NCBI GenBank assembly: GCA_002633005.1
Contig: NMRA01000113.1
Location: 874,556 to 938,555 of the forward strand
DNA: 64,000 nucleotides
Direction of reading: 5' to 3'
DNA from: Phoronis australis
Taxonomy: Eukaryota; Animalia; Phoronida
Position 1 is the first letter of the stretch. Every line of letters starts with the position of its first letter. Under the pieces are notes generated by a model. That model worked only from the letters and a program-made list of their open reading frames with translations. It searched no databases and was not told where the DNA came from. This document shows positions 26,837-41,593 of the stretch, in pieces. The position numbers and the translations under genes are program-made.

Positions 26837-29800
26837 ATGGAATTCGGTCACAGATTCTGTTGTTTGCTTTGGATAATCATGTTGGAGTGCATTTTAGGTA
26901 AGTTTATATTTTGTAATAATTAGTCATATTTTACCTCATTGAAGTAGATTTTTAACTTTTACATTTCGTTGCTACTGAAGCAGAAACGCGTCGTCTTTTT
27001 CAGCATAGCACGGAAATGTTGCGCTGCAGAACCCTTTTCAACATAGAGTAAACAAGAGTAACACGACAGTCACATCTAACAATTACACGCCAGTGAAAAC
27101 ATTAAATGACATCGTTTCTTGACTGAATTTCATTGTTTGATTAGATTTATTTACTTTGTATTGTATTGCAAATATCTAAAAATGCTTCCGTGCTTCAGAA
27201 ATTTTTGTCGTCTCCCTTTATATTGCGAATAACTACAGGGTTTGTGCATGGTATAAAAAATAAAATAATAATGAGCTTCAATCCCGAACAGTATTAAGGT
27301 TTTGATAAAACATAACAACAATTTGTAACATTCAGAAAATTCCGCAACAATGTACGGGGTGTCCCAAAATCTTGCTTTGAACAAGAATAACTTGAAAAAG
27401 AGATGATACACTTAAACGCTTTCTGGCAGCATAGTAAAGACGTGGGAGTTTTCATCATACTTTATGAATTTACGTTCTTGAATGAATGCCTCCGGCGCCT
27501 GAACACTCATATATTTAGCACGGCTGTTATTACATTACCTGGCACACTAAAATTAGTTGGTATGCCCACAATGTCTACACGTATGTGAATTCACTGTCAT
27601 CCTTAAAATTAGATGTTTGGGTTTCTCTTCAGACTTCTTCTTTTGCTAAAGTAACCGAGTGAATTCAGGTCTTGGGAGTGCTGGGGCCACGGAACATCTG
27701 CAAACGTGAAACGATGCGGTTCTGGAAGTAGTGATTTAATGTTTGCAGGCGGTGTTTCCTATAGGTAGACGAGGTGTGTGAGACGTTGCCCTGTCTTACT
27801 GTATCCACATGAGATCAAGCTGAGCTAACTGCGAAATGAACAAGCATGTTATTCAAGAGTAAGGCGCAGCTACATCCATGATGACTTTACCATTGGTTCG
27901 AGACATAACCATTCACAGGGTACTTTTCGCGTTAAGTTTGAAATGCCTGCAACATTTTTAGCTGCGTTTGAGACATTTTGGTGTTATGATGTCCTGTAAA
28001 GTCCTACGTAGAGCTGATTAGGTCATGTTAACGACGTAGAATCTTCCCATCGAACAAAGCATTGAACTCCACTCGGTTCGTGGTTTTATCATGTGAAATT
28101 TGAACGCTCATTCGTGGTATTTAAAAAACACAAACAAAGGGTTCCACGCAAAATACTAATATGAACCAAAACAAAAGCGTCCAAAGATGGTGTTGCATGA
28201 GGTATGTTAATTTAAGAAGATAAAAAACTCAGGAAAGAGTACTATCACCAGTTTGAATGTGCCAGGCTTTACGTGTTTTTGTAAGTTAAAGATAAAATCT
28301 ACAAGAAGTATTGTTACATCCTGTACAGTAGTATTGTTAGTGATAAGTTTGTGTTGCTATCGAAAGTTGACCCCAATCATTCATAGTGGGCCACGTGGAA
28401 CACGTTTTCTTTGGATACACTATGTGGATACAGATGAAGAAAGCTCTCCTTAATTTTTACGGTAGACGGTGGATTGATGGCGAGATTATTGATGTAGCAC
28501 AGGTGAACATGGCGTCATCTTCGATGTTAGTCTTTTGAAAGATACTTCCGATGTTAAACATGTATCTGTGCTATGCGGAGGTGAAACAGTCATCGATTCG
28601 TCATTATAGCCGTAAACAAGATAGCCTAGAGCTATGCAGTAACTCCGGCATGTAATGCTGTAAAATATAGTTCCTGGAGCTTACCAGTCACCAGAAAACA
28701 TCGTCGACATGCAAAAACATGCGAAAAAAAAAGAAATCGAACCAAGGTTCGATCATTCAGTTGGTGTTCCTGTATGAGTATTCTGGCTTTTTGGCCTGCT
28801 CAAGTAGATTTACAAACTTTCCACAAAACGAACTTGAAAATATTTTGTAATTCGAATAAGTGATAAACCAACCAAATTTCTGGAAACCCACTGAAATATT
28901 TCACCCCATTGCTACGCGACGATTGCACAGAACACGTAATATTTTTCACCACTCTTGCTCTCTAGTACGATAAAAATCCTCTCTGAGGATCTGCATAGAA
29001 TTCAATGCGAAATGTGAGAAAAGCTCAAGAGTAGTTAGTACATCTAAGCGGAGTAATCCAGTGGAGTTATGCGTGATATTTTGTGCGATGACGTTGGATG
29101 TGAGGACTCGAGGTGAGACGGAACAGCCAATCGGACAGCCGGTCTTGGCACTGCGGGGGAAACAATACCAGTCTTTTTTAAAACTCTGAAATGTTTGAAT
29201 TCTTTGGTGGTATGTGGCCTTCATTTGAGGGTGGTAGACAGACAGAGTTCTTAGTTTGTGCTTGGTGTGTAATAAAGCAACTTTTGACTTACCCCACTTA
29301 GCAATATAAAATTGGGCTCATATCATTCCTTATTCATGTTTCAAATGATTTCTAGGCAAGAACTGAAGAACTGAGTTCGTTATGGCTTTATCAAACCAAG
29401 GTCATAAAGTTTCTTTGTCACGGCGGGTTAGTTTCAGCTGACGGGGACGTCTCTGGGGAGACATTTTATCGTGGCCAATATACGTTCAAGCAAAGGATCA
29501 TTGGCAGAGCACTTACGACTGATCAGGTGACACCTGAACATAGTTTATAAATTGTCTGATTCATGGTCCAAGGTACTGGAATTGTCTGTGAGAATGCGAC
29601 GCAATTTTCACAGGAATGACTGTCACCAGGTGGTGAATATGGTTGATGACTGACTCGACCACTAACATCGTTCCGATCTTCTGCGCGCACTCAACTTCAT
29701 GCAAATCGAAAATATAGGCACTGGGCCCTTTCCAAGCAAACTGACTAAGCTGAGACAGGTGTTAAATTTCAGTCAACATAAAACTTAAATTTGTCACAAG

Positions 29801-32800
29801 TCTATTTCAAGAAAGAGATCTTAAGTTTGACTTAGTTTTTTTACTTAAGTTTTGCCTTCATATTAATTAACTTACCTGATGTGGAAGTTTCAAAGTTTGG
29901 AAGTTGAGACAAATCTTAAGTAAAAAACGAACTTAAGAGAGTTTCTTGGAACGAGTCCCTGACTTCATTATTTGGAAAGTCACGTGACTTGACTAGAGTG
30001 ATATATGTGTCATTATTACCAGCACTTAAAAAGGCTGCAAAGAACATAAAAAGCACCGTTTCATATCATTTTGTTGTTAATGAATTATTCTATGCTATAA
30101 ATAGCAAACGATGACAAATGTACACGTTGTAGGTTAACGTTTGTTTGTCACGGTGATGCGCACTATGAATAAAGCGCAGCATACATCACGGATAGTGAGC
30201 TTATGAAAGTGTTGCCGTTAGGCCCTCTCATATACGTAGAATTAAAAGTAAAAGTAAAAGACGAAAGTTAGTAGGCCCAACTTTCGTTGCTTAGTTACTT
30301 GGTCGTATTTTTATGACCAATCGTGAACCATAGTTCGGAACCGTCTAGTCTCTAGCTAGGTAGGTCTACTAGTCTAGCTCGATCATCACGTGTCGGATTA
30401 CCGACAACTGGTCACACAACATATGTTGTGGCAGACGACGACATTTCTTGTCTCTGCTCAAAAAGTAATTCGGCAAAGAATCGTACGTCTAAATCGAGAT
30501 TGAAATTTTTTTAGTAAAGAAAGCAACAGAAATGTACCCTAGTAATTAAAAGCATAACTGGTCACTTAGCATTCCTTGAGATGCCCGCCATGTTTTTTTC
30601 GACTGAGAATTCTCGCACGTGGTGAGATCAGTGAAGAGATAATTGATCATTAGGTAACACACGCTAGGCTTCATTGGCTGATGAAGTAGATTAGGGCGGC
30701 TGCACTAGCGATGGGAGAAATGTTTCTGTGATTTTCCAGAAGTTTTTATTTATAATTCGCATTACTTCAGTCAGTCACCAAGATGGATGATTATGATCAT
30801 AGTCTGATCTTTTCTATTTTTAAGCTAGGACTATTTCTTTGACAATATTGATCGTTCATTAGATGGGGACTTCAGACTGCATCAAAATTTCCGTTCGGTC
30901 TTGCTGCTGAAAAAAACTTTCACAAGCAGCGGATATGAAAATCTGTATCAACTTTGACCGCAATAACCCCCATAACGATTGAGAGCCCTGTGAGTCGCAG
31001 AGAGAAATTATAAAGTCTCAACCACGTGATTCCCACGGTTATTATTACCTTATAACGTTTTGATTATTTTCGGGCTTCCTAGTAGTCCGATTCCCCTTAG
31101 ACCAATCAGAATGTAAAGATTAAGGTTAAGAAAATAAGACCATACCCGTATGTTTTTGAGTCGACTATTCCGACATGGTGAGACCAGTTACAACAATTGT
31201 TTGGATCAGCGTCTTACTCATAACTTCACCGTTGTCTTGACTAAGACTTAAAGCAACTTGATATATGTGATACGGAAGATAAGATTACAGTTCCCCTTTC
31301 TTTCTTTCTTAATACATCTTTTTCGCAGGTCAGACAAGAGACCCTTTCCGAGATTGTCCAAAAAAGCCCGAATTAATTGGTCATCGACGGTGTTTGAAAG
31401 CGTGCAGCCGAGAGAGTGACTGCCGAGGTCGCCGACGCACGTGCCTCTGTGATGACGTATGCGGCACCAGTTGTGTCAATCCGAGTAAGACTTAAAAAGT
31501 TAAATCTACATTTCGCTCTGTTTAGCTGACTAAAAACGAAAATCGATCAGCTTTTTACTGTCATAAAATCAGTTTCTCTTACCGTAATTACCAGCAAGAA
31601 CATTGAAACCATCAAAGACACAAGAAAACGCCTTAGAGTTTATTGAGGTGGCCAGCCCTGAAATTGCGAATTCAAAAATGGTGCACTAGGGCCTGTGGCT
31701 CGAGTTGGTAACGGAAATAGTGTCCCGTTACGGTAAGGGATATTAGATTATTGCGACCGAGTTTATGAGACTAAAAGGCTTAAGTCGATTTGGCAAAATG
31801 CAGCTTTAAAGAGAAAAATGAATTGTGTCACCTTCTCACGATTTGATCAAAAAAAAATATTTTACATAAATCGTAGTTTGTGAGAGTTTGCTGAAATGAA
31901 AATTGTTTTTTATCTGAAAGAACTTCTGAAATGGATGCACTACACAACTACGAAAACAGATATTCAGACGCCGCAGCAGAGCAAAGACCACACTGTACAT
32001 CTTATGAGTAGGAGACGAATGCATAATGAAATTGTCTGACAATTATCGAAGTTGCATTATTTTCGCTGCAATTCAATTAATTAACCAGAGCTGTCGTCAC
32101 TCATAATGAACACAAAGTTAGCTTTTGAATCGATAGCTGCACTGTGGTCCACTTTTGAAAAGAGTGACATCTGGTAAATCGTTTTCTGAAGGATTTCCGA
32201 GACACTAATCTTCTATATATACATGTAGCGTGTTACCTTAAATTGCAAGTTGACAAAATGAAATTAATATATACTATATCTTAATATAATGTAAACAGAC
32301 GTGTGTTAATTCCTACGATACGTTGATCTTACAGATTTAAAATGTCAGCCACTGGAAGACATAGACAACGGCCGTGTCCAAATATTTCCGTACAGTAAAT
32401 TCAACGCAGTCGCTAACTATTCCTGTGTACCTGGCTTCATGCTAGAGGGTCACAGGACCCGCATATGTGTCGGCGACGGGTCGTGGACTGGCAAGAAACC
32501 AACCTGTGTCTTCTCCTCGTGTAAGTTTCATAGGACGTTTAATTGACTGTCTCCGAAAACAATTGATCAAATGTATTTGTTATCTTGAATGAGCTGTGTG
32601 ACACAGCACGAGAGGGGGGAGGGGGGTCCCAAATGTGCTTATTGTTTCGGAACTCCGAAGTAAATGATAATGATGCTCTATGTCATGAAAATAATCTTGG
32701 CGCTTCTTTTAAAAATTCCTCTAATCAGACACTAGAGAGACACTATAAGCATTCATAGACCATTCTGGTGAAATGTAACGAAACTTTTACCATCTTGGCG

Positions 32801-35800
32801 AATAGCCAGTGTAAGGTCTGAAACACGTACTAGTTCCTAAATATAGGGCAATTTGATTTGCTTCTGTAATTGTTTTATTCGTGAAGCACGAAGCAGAAAT
32901 AGAGATAATTTGGTTCCTACTTGTCTCGTTCAGTTTCCTCCTCAATGTTTTTACAGAGAAAAGAAGATACGATAGATTTATTAACTTATTTACAAATTGT
33001 ACAGTACAAATATAAGAAAGGAATATGTGCAGACAAGACGGATATCTAACAGGACTATAGGAAAACGTGTCCCGGGCGGGTGAGAGCGGGTAGTTATCAA
33101 AAACTTGAGTAGCATGCTTCGATAAAATTTCGTGGGACAGGGTCACTTTTCAGGCATGAGCTTTACGCGTTAAATGTATGATTTTGACCATTTAACCATT
33201 TAATTATGTCTTATTTCAGGAAAGTTCACTTTACTAGGGTCATGATTTGAATGAGTGTACTTTGAAAGGGTGGATGTTTGGGATCTCTGGTACACAGCCT
33301 TTGGGGAATTTTCAAAATCCTTTGTTGCAACATACGATCCCAAGTTTTTGGTGACTGCCCCCGGGTTTTCATTGACCTAATAAACGCAAGCATTTTAGGT
33401 AAAGATTATACTTGAAGTGAGATCTGCGAAGGAAAGTGAGGTAAATGTAGTGATTTAACAATTTTAAGAAGTAATTTACTCGGTTTAAACGATAATCGCG
33501 GGTTACTTTAAAAATGACGAATTTAATTAGTCACAATTCGTCAAAGTAACAACAACAAAAACAAACATTTACATAACTTTGAGCGGACGTTTTTAAAATA
33601 CACATTTACCCAAGCTGCGACCACAGATATGTTTCCAACAACGGCTAGACGTTTTTGTTCTAGCACCTGGTTCCACACATGGTTCGTTTTGGAACGAGAA
33701 TTGAATTTTGAATGTCGGGCAACCAATACGACCAAATACCTGACAAAGACAACTCAAAATTAAGTTATAGCGTGAGACTTCAAGACATGTAATTTTTTTT
33801 TGTAAACTTGCTGAACAGGAATCGAATCAAGAATTGGTCGGTCGCTTGCTGGTTGCAGACGACACTGACTGTGGCCATTACGTATGCCTTAAATTTGATG
33901 TGTATAATTCACCTACTTATACATGTTCATGCAAGTTTTCAAGATTTACGTTACAGTGTACTTCTGCTGCTTGAAAGACTAATCTCTGTTTTTCCAAGTT
34001 TGCGTGGGAGAAATGTTGTTTACCATAACAAAGAGTCACTCGTTGACTAAGTCATTTGTTTAAAACGATTTCATCCTAAGTTTTTCAATTGATTGCGTGT
34101 AATATTCGTTTCTTTTTGGTCACTATTACTACGATTGTATAGTATTTCAATTATGTTTTTGACATGTAGCCATAGACACCAGTAACAGTGCGATGCCTTG
34201 GAGACTTTTAATACCTTCACGTTGGTAGCAGTGGAAAAACCACAGAAATTCAGTCTGACGGTCCAAATTCCAGTGGAGAATAACGGTAGCTGTTTCACAT
34301 GTAAAATATGGAAATATATAGCTCTTTCGTATTTCACAGGTGTTGGGTAACAGTTATTGCATGACTTTATCATTACGTTAATATGATGACGTGAGCTTTG
34401 CTTGTTTACTACAATTCGGCGTGAGCCGTGTTGTTCGGGTAGCCTGATGTATCCGATCGGGAAATTTGAACTTTTCAGGCTTTAACCTAGTTAGGCCCTA
34501 AACTGTGACTATAAAGTGGAGAGTGAAAACGTTTCAGGAAATTTTTGAAATTTGCCTCACTCATCTTTGCAGGGGCGTGTAGAAGTCCTCCGCATGTGGA
34601 AAACGCACTATTCGACCGCAAGACGGGCCCATATCCCGTGGGAACAGTTGTACAATATTACTGCCGACGAGGTTACTATAGAGACGGGCTGTTCACAGCC
34701 ACGTGCGGCGAGGGCTCATGGAACGGGCCAAGGATGAGTTGCATACGTGAGATTGGTTTTCCTTAGTTCAAATACACATCGCAGATTTCATGGCACGGAC
34801 ACCTTGCGCTTACACATTTTGCAAACACTTTACATATCCTGTTTACATTGTGATGTAAATATTTAGTAGACCTGCAAGCTAGCTAGGCTCTAGTCCAAAG
34901 GAATTAAGTTTTGAAATCCAACAGTAAATTTCAAGCCTGGGAAGAATCAAGGATCCGCGATCAAAGGCCTCGCTATCACCTCTAGGCATGAGCACCGTTC
35001 GAAGATGTCACTAGTGACTTTCTCACTAAATTCCATAACAACGTGTTACTTACGTGGATAATGACATATCAAAAACAATACTTGAATGTCGTACTCCGGT
35101 AGCCGCGACAGACTATAATGCAGGTCCATAAATAGCTTATACTCTTCTACCCCTTCCACGGGCCAGCGAATACTTGAATATTGTGTTTTTGTTAAAAGCA
35201 AAAAGTTGCGGACATCCGGGTGACGTTCCCAATGGCATCAGACACGGGGATCTGTTCTTCTACCCCCACCGGGTCGACTATCGGTGTCAACCAGGTTATA
35301 GACTGATAGGACACAGTTTTCGTATTTGCAAAGATGATGGCTCGTGGTCAAGTGATCTACCGTTCTGCACACGTAAGTAGCATAGGTCCCCGGGATGATG
35401 CATTCTTAAGATCAAGCCATAAAAAATGATACAAACCCCGAGTTGCCTTTTCTGAAACATTTTTTTTAAATCAACACATTTGAGGTCAGCTAGTACAAAT
35501 ACATGGCTCTTGGAAAAAATTCAGCTTTTACCGACATATCAGTGAACTACTTTTCACTGTGCCGGGAAGCAGCATTTGTCCCGATGAATTTGTCTTTCGA
35601 GACAACAACAAAAATGTATTAGTGGGCGTACAGACTGTAGTTCATGTCCACATGCAACATAATCTACATCAGGGTTGGTTTGTATAAAACTTCAAGATTG
35701 ATTCGCTAGATAAGTTTGTTTGTTGCATGACGTCAAGTCCATTCCACATCAGGTGGCAACACGACGCGGAATAACGTGAAGTCATTGTTGCTCTCTAGCG

Positions 35801-38800
35801 TATAACTTTTATCCAACCGAACTCTGTGGGCTTATCGGATATTTTCAAAGCTTGTGAACTCACTGGCGGGCTAGCATGATTTCAAAGAATAAACGTTCGC
35901 CACAGCCCTAAAACTGTTATTCTGTATAACGGTGGCACTACTATGTTTTTTGCTTTTGTTTCTTTTTTTTTTCTTTTTTTGTTGGTGAGTCAGGGGAGTC
36001 TGGGGGAGTGGCCTGCCGGTCTGGGCCTCCCTAAACTGCCTATGGAATTAACTAATTATACACTCCTTCCAGCTATTCAATGCCGCCCGCTGTATAAACC
36101 ACAAAATGGCAAGGTCCTAGGCCACTCCATCGCATTCGGTAGCACGCTGATGTTTGAGTGCAATCCGGGATTCCGAATCATTGGTACAAACAAACGGACG
36201 TGTCAAGCCAACGGAACGTGGACAGGGGAACCAGTCGTTTGCCAGCGTAAGTGTACTGGCTCGGTCTTCGAGTTTTTGACACACAAGGCTGTAAACTGAA
36301 GTCATGTCACTGTAAACTGAGGAACTTTTATAAATATTTATCCCGTCACATCATATTGGTTTCCTGAGACTAATGATGCGTGGTGGTCCTAGTTTGTTCC
36401 AGTGCAGATGTCGACAGTTCGGGTCGGCTGCAACCATGTATAACTCTTACGATCACCCTTCCTTTCAGTGATAGACTGTGGTTTGCCAGAGTTTCACAAC
36501 GGTGTCATTGAAGGGGACAGTACAAGCCTTGCTGCCGAAATTGTGTTCAGGTATCGAGAGCAAGTTTACTCTGTCATTTCGAGTCGAAAATTAACGCAAA
36601 ATATTAAACACACCACATCTTTCGTATTTAACTTATGTAGTACGGACCTGGAAGCAGTGCACTGGCACTTATCCAAGGTCAGTGTTATCAGAAGTATCGA
36701 AACCTCAAATACATGTATAAAATAGACCATGCAGTCGACACGCGATTTTTTCTGACAGACTGCATTTTCATTAAAAGATGGCTTTAAAGAAGCTGCGTCT
36801 CATTAAATTGTGAATATACAAATGGTGTGCCGGAAACCATTCAAGAATCAGTTACTACAATCTCGCGAAAGTCTCGCATTGCGAGACCATTTTTATGTAA
36901 ATGAGTGTGGTAATATGTCATCGTTACCCTAATAAAACAAAGCACAGTTTTTAATATTTGTTCATTTCACTGTCAAATAACGATTTCGTAATATTTAGAA
37001 TTACTAGGGTTTTTTATATGTTTGCACTTGTTTTTAAAGCGGTATGGAACTCGAAAGTTCGTCATAAATACATTTTAAACAATTCCTGACGAAAGTACCA
37101 CCCTGTAACGTCTTTTGCAGAGTAATCCACTTTTCTCTGTGAGGAAATTTCCAGAAAAAAATCACGAAATTCACGCTTTTTGAAATACCCCCTCAGCATT
37201 TATGATAAATGCGCGCATGCGCTCACAGCTAATTGCTTGAAGTCGCTTGAAATCAAAGGTCACATTTTCCACATCAAGGAAATGTGTTACGTGTATGTCT
37301 TGCTATATACCAAACAAGGAGACGTGCTTTGCCTTGTGGGAGAAAATCGACGAAGTGGCGAGCAGTTGACATATCGTTTTTTGGAGGGAATTTCAAGCTA
37401 ATTAAAAATCTTTACGAACAAACCCTAAAAAAAACCTGGTGAGCAATTTCAATTCTGTTTCAGTGGCAGAGAACCACTGATTTAGTCTGTTTACCGCGTT
37501 CCAGGCCTCTTTAATTGTATCAGTTGTGTTTTTCTATAAAATTGCATTTTATTTAAAAGTTATTCATTTTCCTGACTATACTTGCACACACAGTTAGTCA
37601 CAAGGTGGCACTTGCCCAAATTTAAATATTCACGGTTCTAACGAGACATAGTTTCTTTAAATTAGTGACCGCACCCTAACACCATGTTACCTGACTCAAG
37701 ACACCAGCTAATCCCTATGAAACGTCTTGCACATTTATGCTCTGAGACTTTCACTTGAACCAGAAGTACGATAAATTGGATCATCCCATAAACAGATGCA
37801 GTGCCGGAAAATGATACAAGTAATTTTTACTCATATTACGCGATCAATGTTTTTCAGATGTCATCCTGGCACGACATTCGAAGGTACATCGACAATGGCC
37901 AAGTGTTTGGAAACAGGACAGTGGTCCGATCAGCCACCCAAGTGTTGGAGTAAGTGTGATAAGCCACTCAACGGTTTGTCGAAAAGAGCAAAAGTCGGTA
38001 AAATGAAATTCCAAATTGTATCTGATCTCATCAAGAGTTAAAAACTTCTAAGCCTCAGTGGCTGGATAGAGACTTCGTGACGAAATTGGACAATGTGTAA
38101 TTAATCAAGTGAAATGTATATATTTACATGTACAACAAAAACTATCTGTGTAACAGACAATAATTTCCACCATGGTGAAGTGAGAAGTAAGAAATGCGTG
38201 GGACTCATGGACTAGGCTAAGTAAGAAATATGTGGGACATGTGGTCTTGGCCACATTTTTACTAAAAATGACATGAAAAAGGTTGCCTTCGCCTTTAAAA
38301 TCAAAGATCGCTACCACCAAAAAGATTGTTAACATTTCAAATGTTACGACAATCAATAAAAACAGACTATTGGTCTTGATTTTAACCCGGCCCAGTTGTA
38401 TCACTGAAGATAGAGTTCTCATTTTGGAGTCTTCCGTTGTGAACTAGGCCCTAGTCCGACGGCTGGCGCTCTAGCAATTTCTAAAACATGTAATGATCAT
38501 GTAACTAGTGTTTGCATCCGTATATAAGCTTCAGTGTCTGAGTGGTCAATTGCCAAACTTTATCGCCACATTGAAATCCAAGATAGCGTCCATTTAGCTG
38601 AGATTATGGGGCTAAAAATGCATTTATAAGGTGTGCCATATAATCGTGTGATATTAAAAAGATGTTGCCCTCCGAGATGATGCCAACAACTCTGTGGGGT
38701 CATGGACTATGTGTTTTCACGGGCGCCGTTGTCACGGTGGGAACGCATAGCAATGTGTAGTGTAGTATTTACTAACACATGATTGTCACATTTATTAACG

Positions 38801-41593
38801 ACACTAATTCCGGTCAACAGGAAAATGCATGGCCCCAACCATAAATGACGGTGTAGTTGTGCGACGTAACCAGAACGCAGAACATAAAATGGAGCTGGAC
38901 TACACGTGCGATGACGGCTTCGAGAAGCAGAAGGGTGAACGTTCGATTTGTTACAACGGAACATGGCGCCCGCCACCAAGATGTTTACCGGGTCAGTTCT
39001 GTCTCCTTCAAAAGAATTTCTCATAAATGCGCTATTTACCGGCCATCCTGGGGTACACTTTTTACTTTGGTCGTGGTTGGCTTATAAGCGGCCTGTGCCT
39101 TTGCTAGTTACGTGATCCAGTCATTTTTAAATTAAAATTTTGTTAAGTTGCGATATGACTGATCGTCTTCTCAACCATAAAAGGGTCAATTTTTAAAATA
39201 TCACAATACTCAGCTAACATCGTAAAATAACAAATTAATTGAAGTCAAAGGTTACCAAATAGACCTACATCTATTTATCAGATCAGTTTTGACGGCCTTA
39301 TTCGAATTATCTACGAAATGAAATTAACTGAAATTCGTGTGACTGAAGAACGTCAATTTGGGGTTTGTCTGAACCCTAATCACAACAATCCGTGTTTTGT
39401 CAGAACTTCATTGGCCTGAAGCTTATTAGCTATTACTGTCTCTTGACACCAGAAAATATTGTTATTCCGCCTCCTCTTACTCATACATGATTCGAAAAGG
39501 TTTGAGAAATCTTGTTATGCTCAGATTTTCCACAGCAAACCGATTCAGATTTGTTTAAATTCAAGAAGAGAATTTTTGCGAATGCAAATATATATTTTTT
39601 ATTTGACCCCTCAAATTAAGGAATAATAGGGCCGCCTGTCACTCTTTTTTACGCTTTTATCTTTTGAAATTGAGTAATCATTTGATATAAATCCAGCTCT
39701 TGGAAGGGGCCCAGTGATGGCATCCGTACCCTTGTCTTGTTTTTTCTGATTCATGCCCTATTTTATTAAAGGGTCACTCACTCAGGTAACCCGCCTACCG
39801 TAATGGTGTAATGAAATGGCTTTCTTGCAATGTTTTTTGTGAAATTTTAAAAATATTTCATGTTAAAATGAACCGATGATGGAAGGAGTGTGGCACGATG
39901 ATGTGATGATATTTTCCAGTTTTTAAAATAATGTAACCTCCCTTGTTGGAGTATTTGGGGAACGTTCCTTTCATATTTAGAGACTTCCTCTCAAACGGGG
40001 TTCTCTCTTGGAGGTGCGGCACAAGGCATTTGCCCTTTGCCCTCTATAAATCCGGCACTGTCAACTATTCGCGAAAGTAGAAAACATTTTAAAATTGGTT
40101 ATGAAGTCCCAGAATATGTCCATGCGAAGCGCAGCTGCAGTATTATGGCATGCCCAACAAACGAGAAAAAAGCAGGACTGTGAATTGTGCATAGACAATA
40201 TTTTGGATGGTTTTATAACGATAAAAACATCGGTACATTTCCCCAAAGAATTCCAAGATCGTTGTTAGCAAAGCATTTTTGATGAATTTGTTCATGCGGA
40301 ACTCGCTTTCTGGAGTAGATCTTTTTACGTCTGCGAACAGGTGCTAAAAGCGCATGTACTGGTAAACGTAAACAAAGCTTTCTATCTTGGAGAGCCAAAT
40401 GTGCACTTGAACCGTGACAGGTTACCACTGGAATGAATCAGAATTCCCCCTAACAGGGGTTAGAATTGGTATCAACAGGTAAGGGTGCAGGTGGGACAGA
40501 ACTAGAAAAAATAACCGCGGGATTACATTTTATTCCTTCAAAAATCATGCTTGTATGGTAGTACAGTCGTCTTGGCAATGCGCCGTGTCAGTATATTGCC
40601 GACTCCAGTCAAAAGTTTAACTTGAAACAGGACGTAAGATGCTTTCTCTTTAATTTTAGCTCCATGCCGGGATCGGCCGCCTATAATTCGTAACGGAGAA
40701 TATCGTTATGTCGGCACAAACCATTTAGACAAGGTCAAATACGAATGCAAGATAGGATATTCGCTCATGAACGATCCCAAGTTGGAATGTCGACACGGCA
40801 AATGGAGGGGTCTTACTCCATGGTGCAAACCACGTGAGTTTATTAACAGGCCAATTGTGTTACTAAACGAGTGAAGTTGTTCTACTGCAAAGTTCCTCGA
40901 ATGATGTAAAAAATGTTTCTAAAGACCGATTTCCATGAAACGACATGCAACAATACGCGCATTTAGGCATTGCGGGTTATAGTATCGGCAACTCTTTTCA
41001 AAGTAAAGCCAATTTAAAAAAACAGACATACCTGTAACGGGTGGAAACGATTCCATATGGCCTTGACTCGCAACAAAAGTGGACCAGCTTGACAATTAAC
41101 AGCTCAAATTAACGGCTTAGGGAATCGTAGCCGGAATTTAGAGTCACGGCCCTGGAATTATTTCCGTCCCTGGTTTAATGTAGTCATAAATTTTCTGGAC
41201 ACACAGTCGGATAAAAGTATCTGCAACATTTACAAATTGAATTCGTCTGCATTAGTGGTCTTCTGTTTCAAAACTTATACCTTAGGCGCTGGATAATAAC
41301 AAGCGTTTCCTTTTGCAGTTTACTGTGAACATCCAGGCAAGGTGAGACACGGTGAGATGCTATTGGTCGGTGTCAAAGGAAAATACACCTACCACGAGCA
41401 CGTGCCAAACATAGGACAAGGTCAACAAATTGAGTTTCATTGTGACCGAAACTACAAACTTGTCGGCTCAGAACGGTCAACGTGTATGAACGGACACTGG
41501 AACCCGCGACCGCGACCCAAGAAAAAGTGTGTTAAAGGAACGCATGTCAATTTACCATTCAGGTTCCGATTAGTTAGAAGGAAAAGGCAATGA
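26837..41593 (+). CDS. lev-9: LEV-9-like secreted protein: signal peptide + WAP + 8 CCP/Sushi domains (~572 aa). Exons 26837-26897, 31329-31484, 32335-32520, 34573-34746, 35199-35372, 36073-36246, 36469-36550, 37858-37949, 38821-38991, 40660-40833, 41319-41593
   Basis: Hydrophobic leader MEFGHRFCCLLWIIMLECILG; WAP domain CPKKPELIGHRRCLKACSRESDCRGRRRTCLCDDVCGTSCVNP; eight C..P..NG..C..G....C...G.W....P.C modules, mostly in phase-1 exons; C-terminal RRKR. 1719 nt in frame. The architecture matches C. elegans LEV-9 and Drosophila Hasp. Confidence 0.88.
29723..29960. mobile_element. MITE with terminal inverted repeats GGGCCCTTTCCAAG / CTTGGAACGAGTCCC
   Basis: Imperfect TIRs; second copy at 17255-17481 in the opposite orientation. 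Confidence 0.7.
31689..31780 (+). repeat. short dispersed repeat, second copy at ~24120-24190
   Basis: GTTGrTAACGGAAATAGyGyCC..TTACGGTAAGG...TTTATGAGA.TAA is shared by both copies. Confidence 0.6.
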
